A stretch of 63,999 nucleotides of DNA, filler included, from Choristocarpus tenellus KU-1152 (taxonomy: Eukaryota > Protista > Phaeophyceae): the NCBI GenBank assembly GCA_964200185.2. It is 11 parts of 11 records of this genome, joined end to end, with 100 filler letters (N's around TTAATTAATTAA, not from the genome) between each part and the next. Parts side by side here need not be neighbours in the genome. Positions count along the whole stretch, not along the records: positions 51,825 to 55,422 come from CAXNAD020019036.1; positions 55,523 to 63,999 come from CAXNAD020004669.1; 9 more parts are not named here. One strand, given 5' to 3'. Below the pieces are notes generated by a model that was given only the letters and a program-made list of their open reading frames with translations, did no database searches and was not told where the DNA came from. Within the stretch, counting starts at the first letter, position 1; every line of letters starts with the position of its first letter. A program made the translations under genes and the position numbers. This document shows positions 53,942-63,999 of this stretch, one piece after another.

Positions 53942-56900
53942 TGGTTTGGGGGGGAGGGGGAATGTGTGTTTATCTACTATTTGTAGTGATTTAGTGGGTG
54001 TGGGTGTGAATGTGTGCCAGGGAAGTAAATACAGAAGTGGTGCAGTTGGCAGTATGATATGGCTGAGAAAGAAATTGATGATATATTGGTGTATGGTTAT
54101 ATCATAAACAGTATGTGTGTACATCAGCAGTATGTATTATGCCACTGTCATGCCGAACTGACAAACCTCCAATATGTAGTATGCTGTCATGACTGATTTG
54201 TTGTCAGAATCGAAGGGTTGTTGGTGTATTGGCTATGTTTACCCTGTGGTGTATGTATGCATATTTTTTTAAGACATAATAATTAGAAAATGCAATGTCA
54301 TCTCAACCTTCAACCCACGGATTGTCATTTAGTACCAAGTCAATCAATCGTTATACATGTTCTTGTTTGTCGTTCCTGGAACTTATTCAAGTTTTTTACT
54401 GTCCAGTTGCAACCCTCACCCAAGTTAGCCCAAGTTAGCCCAAGTTTCCTATTTCATCCTCATAACCTGCTTCCCCCTGTGCTCCTCATTTCCCTACAAT
54501 GTGAATCTTCTTGGAGACTAGCTCGAAGGGACTGGAGAAAGTGAAGGCACTGAAGCAACATCAGGAGGCTGCAGTGAACCCGCGACCATAGCAAACCTAC
54601 CTGCCCGATTGCAAGCTGTGCTATCTCCAGCCAAGGATGTCCTGCAGGAGCGCCTCCAGGCCCAGGTGTGATTTTGTATGTGTGTGGTGTGGGGGAGCGG
54701 GGGGGAGAGGTGGGGTCTTCTGTTATTGCTGCGAAATAAAATTGTCTTCTCAGTGGTACCCTCTGACACTGCCTCTCTCATCACTCAAACACACTAACCC
54801 TAACCCTTTCCTGAACCCTGAACTCTCTCAATAATCCTTGATTTGGTATTCCATTATTATTGTCACCCACGTGTTGATGTTTCTCAGTTGACTCTGATAT
54901 CAAAACATGTACTATACTGCAGTTTAGTGGAATATGCCTTCTGATGACTCTTTAGGAGGAAGTTTCTCACTAACTCTATGCCTTCCCCTAAGCCTAACCA
55001 GACTGGTTGAATGTTTAGTTGCTTGATGGTCTTGGTATTGTGCGCCTCAATGTTGGTGTGGAGGGTAGTTTGGGGCACACCACCAGCTTCAGAGGATCAG
55101 TGTCCTCCCAAAGGGTAAATATTGTTGCAAGACCCAAAGAACACCCGTTCCACCTCAGGGCACTATTGTCTCAATACCAAGGCACTATTGTCTCAATACC
55201 AAGGCAAAATATGTGCCACTCCAATCAAGTGTATCATTGCACTAGTTGTAATCCCTTCCAGTGTCAACCCTTTCTATGAACATTACCTCTTGGGAATATA
55301 GGTGCTTCTACCTTTTTCCCAATGTACTTTGCTGGCTTTCCCTCTCCCAACACACACCACACCCCACCACCGTCCAAGAGCGCGCCTTACTTCATGACTC
55401 GTGTATCGTTTCCTTTGTGTCCNNNNNNNNNNNNNNNNNNNNNNNNNNNNNNNNNNNNNNNNNNNNTTAATTAATTAANNNNNNNNNNNNNNNNNNNNNN
55501 NNNNNNNNNNNNNNNNNNNNNNGGAAGGGCAGCAAACTGTTTGGTGGCTGTGGTGGGGGAATAACCTGTACATTGGGTGCACTGTTGCAAGTGAGAAATT
55601 TGCCAAGAGGGTATGTTCACTGGTGATATAGTAACGGCACGAACTTAATTTATTAAATCTTGATCTGAGAGGAAGGGGGGGGGCAATTGTGATTACCCAC
55701 AAGTGTCAGAACAGTAATGGGTTGCATCCCTGAAGTCGTGACTCTTTGTGGGACTCGAGCAGAATGTAACTTGAACCACAGTCAACGAGGAACAAGAAGG
55801 GTAGTCGTATCTATCTGTTCCTCAACCCTTTCCCTATCATCGCATGACAATCCTCCCCGTTCCCCCGTCCCCCCCCACCAAGAATGCTATTTGGTGGTTT
55901 GTGAAAGTGGCAATGGCACCCCCTTGATTCCATCCTCCAACTATCGCACCTGAATGGCACCAACATTATCTCAACAGTAAACAGACCGAGGTGTACGGGA
56001 CATGGAAACAAAGGGCAACACTTACACCAAAGCGACTAGTCTCTTCTGCATGTGACGTTACTGAGCCATTAGGTAGCATTTTATTTATCCAACACGCCCC
56101 AAATCATCCAAGTATTGTCCTTGTTGCTCATGTTGTCCATGATTTCAACTCCAGGGAGGTGACGATAAAACGGTTTGCAAAGGAATTCCTTAGCAAGAAT
56201 TGGTTAAACCCTTCTCAGTTGTATGGGTGTGGGGTGTTTGCCTCCGATTCCTGGCAAATATTTTGCCTGGGCAAGAGGAACTTCTCTGGCCAAGTCAAGG
56301 ACAGACGTCTAGATCGCAAACTTGCTGCCTACCTCAGCTGGCTGCGAACAACACAGCCTCTAAGAGCCCTCTCCAAGCCCAAGTCTACATCCCAGGGCGC
56401 CAAACAGAAGGCCGGAAGGCATAGGGGGGGCAAAGGCAAGACTTTGTCTGGGGGAAAACGGACTCAGTCAAGCGGTTCTTTAACTGCAGGCGGAGGTACT
56501 GAGTGCAGGGAAAAGAAAAAGAGAAGGGCACGCGATATTGGTGTTAAAATAAAAGTTAAGAACACGGGCTCGATGGCAACATAGTCTGAGAAAGGGGGCA
56601 GGACAATGGTGGTCACGAGGAGGGCTATGGGAGAGTGTTCATAGTTGAATCTGGTGCTGGATGGGGGTGTAAGTACTGTATCCAGAACAATATAGTGATT
56701 GTTTTGGTTTTGGGGTGGGGTTGTGAGGACACAGCCGAGGACTTTTAAAATTCTTCTAATGTTTTGTTTTTTTTTCCAAAGGAGATACTTCATTTGCACA
56801 GGTAACTAACTGCTGTTGTGCTGAAGCCTCTTTGGTGTCTCTCTTGTTGTTTGATGTATGTGGATAGATTTTTGCATGTTTCTACAGTATTTGGTTGAGC

Positions 56901-57241
56901 AGGACTCTCCTTTGTGCTCTCTGTTCTGATTTGTTTTTCGGACCTGATGGAGTATGGCATTGAGGTGGAAATTCTCACTGCTTGTAGTTGTACTTTTTGA
57001 AGTGTCACCCACGTCTACTTCTATTCTACCCTCTTTATTATAGATTTTTCTGAGCTGGAAAGCGTGCGCCCTATACCCTCTCTATTATGTAGTCTTGTCT
57101 ACAATGAGAGGTGGAAGGAAGGAGACTTGTCCAGGTATTTGGTGATCCTAGGTAGAGTAAAGTATCAAGTAAGCATGAATTTCCCTGCTGTTTCATGTTT
57201 GTGTGTTTTGTCTGTTGAATTAATCATTACTTTTCTACTGC

Positions 57242-57279
57242 TAGGGTTAGGGTTAGGGTTAGGGTTAGGGTTAGGGCTA
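57242..57279 (+). repeat. Interstitial telomeric (TTAGGG)n; shorter CCCTAA runs at 51467-51485 and 54794-54806
   Basis: About six TTAGGG units read directly. Confidence 0.85.
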
Positions 57280-60196
57280 GTGTGAGCCTGTAGTGATTAT
57301 CATGTCATTATGAATGAGTGTATCAGATGTAAGGACCATTTCCTTCATCATCTGAACACGCGTTCCCTTTCCATTCCCAAGCTTGAACCAAATTTGAAAG
57401 AACATCACTTGCAACCCGGGCATCGAACTGTGGTATGTTTGAGCACCCCATCAAACCCTGAATGGACAAGCCTATGTCACGATTACATGATTTTTCTGCT
57501 GTTATCACATATTACTTGAAATCGGCGTAATATGTACTCCCAATTCACTCTGTCACTATTGAGCAGTGTATTTATTTGTATTGTGATTCGAAAACATTTA
57601 CTGGTGAATTTAAATCGGGTAGAAAAAAATTGCTGCTATAATCAAAATGCGTATGGAGAGTAACATTGGAGGGAAGGGAATTGCTGAGGTTTGTGGGCGA
57701 TAAGCGCAGCACGTATTTAACTGAAACCAACCAATCAATAATCCTCGCTCGATTTTTCAGTTTTGGATAACCGCCATAAAATCGGATCTTAGTTATTCAG
57801 CCGCTACCATTCACAACACCAAAGAAAATCAACAAAAACATTACATCATCTGGAGATTTTTTTTTCTCATAATGAAAAAAGTATTAATACTATTAATTAC
57901 ATACTCTTGAGTAGTATGAATCATTTGTGGCGGTGACAGCCTCCTTAAACAATGTGTTACGACCAAACTTCAGGCACTCTATCACATCCCTTCCTGTCTC
58001 TGACAAAGCGTGTAGGTAAAACATTGTCTCCCTCCCTATCTAAATAATAATGACGGTAGTGGATTCGGTATACACAACACTATCAATATCATGCACCATA
58101 ATACCTACACTACATTACATATTTATTATTCTTCATAGTTCATCATGTGTGCATACAGGCATCATGTGTTGTGAATTCGAGTCCAATTGAGTGGAGTCAG
58201 CTTGAAAATTTTCCATTTCTTCCATTATAATCCAATTGTGTTTGAAACACCCATCACCGCCAGGTTTTGTGAGTTGATCTAGCAGGGACCACAAGCACGA
58301 GGAAACAATCAATCTGAAATACCCCCTAATTTCATTGTAGGGATTAGAAGTTTACGACCCAATCAATACTATATTAGTAGTAATAATACTGCTGTGTATG
58401 ATGCAATAGTAGTACAGGCTACTTCACAGAACTCAAAACAGGTATTGAGAACCAGAGGATGTATTCCTACAGGGAGGGGCAGAGGATTGAACCAGGAGAT
58501 ATAATCAATGAAGCGACAAGGCAGTCAGTCCTTTTCCATCAACAACAAGAGTCTCAAAGACACCGAGTCAATCATCATCCGGCAGAAAGAGGAGTGTATG
58601 GGGGGTTGACAATGTTCCTCATTTTAGAACAAATATGGACTGAGAGAAGCGACAAGAGGAAAGTAGAAAACGCCAATACGTTTTTCATTCATCGAGAACC
58701 ACGGGTTAGGTACTCAACAAAAAAAAGAAGCGAGACAACTACTACTACTACTCTAGTTCGTACTACTCTTACGTCCAGTAAGAATTGTATACTGCACATC
58801 TATTTTGCAGTGGAGAAGTAATGTAATATTCCACCTAAGAAAAAAAAATGAACGCTGCGTGTACTTCATCACAACTCAAACACATGTGTACCTCGAGCAG
58901 ATAAAACTTTACATATCTCAACAACTTATCAAAAGTACATTTCATTCATCTATTGAGCTACAGTAGAAACAATTAACACTCACAAATTGAGTATATAATT
59001 AGTTGCAGCATGTTGCTTGTTGAGATAGGATTCAAGCAGCAACAATTCAACTGAGGGATGCTGTCCCTAAAAGAGCAGTTGAGTGCAGGTTGGAAAACTT
59101 GCATGGAGAGCATCAACCCACCACAGTAGCCTTCAGACAAATACAAAGAGTTCACTTTTGGCCCTGGGACAATAACGTTTAGGAGAAGTGCTGAGTATAG
59201 ATGCCTAACACAAACCAAGTCCAGCCATCAATAAACCCCATCATACACTGTATCTTGTTAACAAAATTCAGATCTCAGCATCACTACTAGCTGCATGATA
59301 AAAAACATGGAAATTTCTTTTTAGGTCAAGAGATCCGTACATAATCTGCACTACCTACAAAACGTCTGATGGCTACATAAAAAGTTGACAAGACAGTCAG
59401 GTTAGAGCTTTCCAATGTCCAATTCTCTGCCCAAAACAAATGGTTGAATCCTAACAGTTGAGAAAAGTTTGCACTACCAATACTTGACCTTGGTGTTTCA
59501 TAGTAACTTCTTGATGAGGCAGTAAGTCATGGAAAACTGTTCCCCTGCATCTGCAAGTATCTCCCTGAGACTTAAATTGGTGGACAGGCCCTGTCCTCTC
59601 TTGCTTCTACTAGGTGATCTGACCACTAATTTAGGTTGATCTGATTTACAATTTCACTTTGCGTATCCTTCAAAAAATGATCAACCCTCACCACAAAACA
59701 CAGCAGCTATCTTTTATCCTTGCAGAGTCAAACACGAGATCAATCTAAAGGTGTTTTTTTATCTATTTAATATTATCACATTTTTCCTCTACAAGACTTC
59801 CGCAACACAATGACTGTACTGCAGTTCATGTTGCACCTCAAGAATAAGAACGAGGACATGGGCAGTAAGCCCCACCTCAGTCATCTGCACAAATAACAAA
59901 ATGCACACCAAATATCTTGCATCATATCCAGCATGTTATGAGGGCCAACAACACACCCTCCTCTCCCTGCTCCCACCCATTATCACCTCTCCAGCATTCT
60001 TGGGAGCCATCCCCTTCCCCTACACCTAACCCCCTTGTTCATGCCTTGAGACCAGCCTGACCCAAGCAAAGTTAAGGAGTAAGAAAGAATAATCTCTAGC
60101 CACGATGTATGTAAGTCCCTCTACATTACTCAACCACATCCCCTCTGGGTCGAGCAGTGCAAGCAACAAACTCCACACCAATACCTCAATCAACAC

Positions 60197-62523
60197 TTAG
60201 AGTCCGTTCTGCTTGTTGATCCAAGAGGCAACATGCAGCCCCCATGAAATAGGCACCAGCAGAGCCCCCGCCACGTATGGGCCGTTAATGGTATCAGGGG
60301 TCACAGTGTGAAGGATGTTGGTTTCGTGGATGCAGTAGGTGCCAACACCAAACGCCACCAAGGACACAACTCCCAAAACCTTGGAAGGTACTTTCTCCAA
60401 CGCAGGGCCCAACACAGAGGAAGGAGGTGCTGCACCCTCCCAGTAAGTGTCAGTTTCCATGGTTGCCACTGTAATGAAGGGTAATTGTGGGGAGACATGG
60501 TACTGGTGAATTGCTGAAGAAAATCAACTATCAACCCAAACAGAACATATGGTGGTATACGGTCCAGTATTATTTCAACTTTGGTCAACAGTTTCATCAG
60601 AGAGTGAAATGTATAATAACTTCCCCATTACAAAAAAAGGGGGAAGTTTCTTGGGGCAAGGCATCATACACACTTGCCCCAATCAGTACTTTTCATAGGC
60701 ATTCGCATAGAACATGTGCTATGTTCTTACTATGTCAGCATAAGAAGGTCTCACATCAAGCATACAAAACTTCGTGTCACAAAACTACAGGCAACCTGAA
60801 CAAAAGGCATCTGTTTTCCTTGCCTTAATCACAATACTCAACACCAAGTTCAAGCTTTTGTAGTTATGTTTTTGGTTTTCTAGGCATCATCCTCACAAAG
60901 CCAAACTAAATTGACAAATTATACAATCATTCACTGCTATTCTCAATTTTTTTCAAAGGGTATTGCTGTGCTATAACCTTGATGAAAATAAAAACTTCAC
61001 CAGTTTGACAAATATACTGTAAGCATGGCAAGGGCATTATACAAGCAAAAATTGATCAGATGTACAAGAAATTGTAATGCAGATATAGCACTACAGAACT
61101 CAATATAAAGTGTGAGGTACTAGGACACACAAATCCCTTCTGTTGAAAACGAAATTTCAGTTTCAGCTTATATCCTCAATTCCGGATTTTTTTTTTTAAC
61201 CCCTGAACACCCTCACAGTATCAATTCAAACAACGGTAGTGCTCAATGTGAGACTATTCTCAGCACATCGAGCTGAGAGAGGTAAAAACATCAATTTCAG
61301 CAGACACGTAATGGCATCAAATATACCGATACCTCATACAGAATACTCAATGCAAATACCCGTTGCACAAATGCGGTGTCATCCCACAACTTCTAAGCCT
61401 TTCAAACAGATGTAGATTCGACAGCATCGGCGAGGATGCAGACTGAACTAAAGTTGTTGATGCTCCTGAAATATGACCTTGGAGATAAGACAACCAGTTT
61501 CTGGTACCTCCTGGTGACGCAGTAACTCCCCCCTTCAATGTTCGATATGATGTGATTCTTACCACCACTAGCACTACCTGAACAACCAGGGTTCAACAAA
61601 CTAATGGGCCTATAGATCTGCATCACAGGCATGCCCATTGAACACTTCCATGCACTACATTGCAAATTGCAATTTCGAAATATGCTTCCCGTTTCACCGG
61701 TCCAATTCAGACGAAACACAGCCACTCAACCCAACTACACAACGTCTACATCACTAGACGCAAAGAAGCCAGATTTGTAGTGATTTCGTCAGAGGTGAAA
61801 CCTGACAAAATCTCCATTCCCGTGCGTCTTACTGATCACCAAAATCGAACAGCAGATCTGAGTGAGCGAACATAGGCACACCAACACGTTAAGGAGTAAT
61901 ACACAACCCAACTTCTGACACTTTTTTTCGAAATTTGAGAGCCCCGCCAGAGCATTACCTTTATCGACCTACACTTCGGTGATTATCTGAGTGTCAACCT
62001 CCTAAGTCATCTCTTAAGCAACCTCGATCATAAGACACGTGACAAAACTCCACGAGAACTTGTAGGAAGGTACTCTAAATATTCCAAGTCCGAACAAGAT
62101 GCCTTCTTCGGTGGCCACGACTTATGACGGCTACCTCAGACAAGCTATCGCAATCAACCGTTAACACTACCATAGCTACATTTTGGGGGAAATAGTTAGA
62201 ATCCCCTTCCTTCGAACGGTATCTTCCTCAAAAGATCACGAACGAGTACATTGGAAGGACCGAACTACAGGACGTAAATCAAACCTCCACGTTAAACGCA
62301 GTAGCAGACATCACGACAAAGGAGCATTCACTCATCTCCGCTTCTTGAATTATCAAGTTATGACATGGGATATAAGGACGCAATGAAAAGCTTGTCACGC
62401 ACCAGGCCGGGTAGCAGCACGGGGGATGTTGGCCCTCACAGAGGTCCCCTTGAAGGCCGTGGGCTGCACGAAAGCAGACGCCAATCCCATGAATACCAGA
62501 ACGAATACAGCGAAAACCTTCAT
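60197..62523 (-). CDS. psaR: Plastid-targeted photosystem I subunit PsaR/Psa28-like (130 aa precursor)
   Basis: Exon 62403-62523 MKVFAVFVLVFMGLASAFVQP... (signal peptide plus ASAF motif) joins exon 60197-60468 in phase 1: YWEGAAPPSSVLGP...two hydrophobic helices...SWGLHVASWINKQNGL, matching my recollection of diatom PsaR. Confidence 0.78.
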
Positions 62524-63225
62524 GATGTCTGAGTTATCTAAGGTCTAAGTAGAAGTAATAGATGAAGATGTCCCACAGGTATCGAGGTGAATTAGGTTAT
62601 GATCATGTACGCACGAAAACAAGGAACGAACATGCACATGCAGGGTATAAATCTACTTTTATCTTAATTTTAGAGTCGATGGGTCCAACCTCAACATGTA
62701 GGTTGAGAGGCGTTTACATGGATCGCGTTTCTCGCGCGCGCTAATTGGTGAGAGAAATCCAAAAAACTTTGAACTACCTAACACTTAGCGTACAACTGGA
62801 TTATTAGTTAAGGGATCGAAGTTAGACCCACCGCATAGATAGGAGAGATAGGGCAGGAAGGTTAAGATATTATTCATTTTTCTCCTTGTTCATATGTACG
62901 TTGACTCCTTGGTTATAGAGGGTGTGTTGGTAGCTTCACTCAACATAGATTTTTATTATACAAGGAGAAGACACACACACTTATCATAGGCACTATCCAG
63001 CCAAGGTACACCTTCAAAGTGCCCTTGCTTGAGAATACATTACGTTCGCTGGTGATTGGTGGCTATCACACCTCTATGATAGAAATCTAGTAAGACTGTG
63101 TGTGTATCCCTCTCTTCAACACCACAACAGAGGTAATAAAATAATAGAGTAGCCACACACACACAAAGCACAACAACTTGGCATGAAGTCAATCAATATA
63201 TAATAACATGGGTTGTTGTGCCTCG

Positions 63226-63336
63226 CACGCACAATCAACCTGTTCGTACCACCGTTAATAGTGTAATACCATGTAATACACGCACAATCAACCTGTTCGT
63301 ACCACCGTTAATAGTGTAATACCATGTAATACACGC
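63226..63336. repeat. Perfect 53-bp tandem duplication
   Basis: CACGCACAATCAACCTGTTCGTACCACCGTTAATAGTGTAATACCATGTAATA occurs twice. Confidence 0.9.
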
Positions 63337-63999
63337 TACAATGCGCACATGATTCCTGCTGTAGTGTTCCTTCAACATAATAGATATTATTAATCCTGCA
63401 CGAAGATCATTGGGTTCAGTCATCAAATCGTTGTAACCGTTCAAGACAAGAAAAAAAGTGAGTACAACCAACATCCGTTATCATTGTTGAACAGACACAC
63501 TTAAAAGTACAACATTAACAATAATAATATAAAAAAAAGCTATAATAGTAGGAATCAACACAGTACTAGTACTACTACTACTAGTTTAATCAACACTGAT
63601 CAGGGCGATTTTCCTACATCCTCACACAGCGATCTCTGGCACACACGCAACCATAAACGTAAAAAAGCTGAACATCCAATAAATAGTTGCGTGTCGAGTT
63701 GAAGCAAACATTTTTTAAAAATCAGTAAAACTAGTAGAGCGAGCAACTCTGCTAGCCACACACAGCAAAACCGGCACCTACAACTGAGTGCAGCAACAAG
63801 TACTACTTGGATATGGAATCCATCATGTTCACGCCCTTGTCAGTCTCCCACCAGCAGAAATAAAAGGCAGATCAATACCCTGAAACTATAATCAGGAAGT
63901 TGCTTTGCCGACCCCTAACTAAGGAATACTTCAGAGTAGACCCAAAGTATCTGGGGGGGGGGGGGGGGGGGGGGGGGAACAAAGAGGGGGAGCGCACAC

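Noticed and set aside
49085-55204. Small degenerate tandem repeats (49085-49160, 50130-50300, 50440-50550, 51895-51930, 55159-55204)
   Set aside because: Ordinary intronic or intergenic slippage repeats.
55991-56584. 197-aa ORF on the plus strand
   Set aside because: Non-ATG start, no motif, and no convincing exon on either strand.

Overview
Eukaryotic nuclear DNA made of 11 short contigs joined by artificial 100-nt linkers (N44-TTAATTAATTAA-N44), so nothing can be treated as adjacent across a linker. Spliceosomal introns, a bipartite ASAF-type plastid presequence, a DDEL ER-retention signal and TTAGGG repeats point to a photosynthetic stramenopile, probably a brown alga or relative (inference). 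Host genes I can support: a complete 11-exon BiP (660 aa), RPA43 head-to-head with a PINX1-like G-patch gene, two citrate synthase exons that the ORF track misses, a METTL26/DUF938 methyltransferase, a PsaR/Psa28-like photosystem I subunit, and several unidentified multi-exon genes. Mobile DNA: a decayed Ty1/copia element and two related MITE families with AAAGTATCT terminal inverted repeats and mostly 4-bp target-site duplications. The most unusual region is contig 10104-14560. It holds a spliced ParB/Srx-like gene with a putative HTH (this copy has two premature stops) and a divergent ORF resembling the Cys-rich N-terminus of Sola-type transposases. Between them lies a 173/207-bp tandem array carrying a short palindrome. 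This may be a DNA transposon carrying a ParB-plus-repeat module. All family assignments come from motifs recognised by eye; no database search was run.
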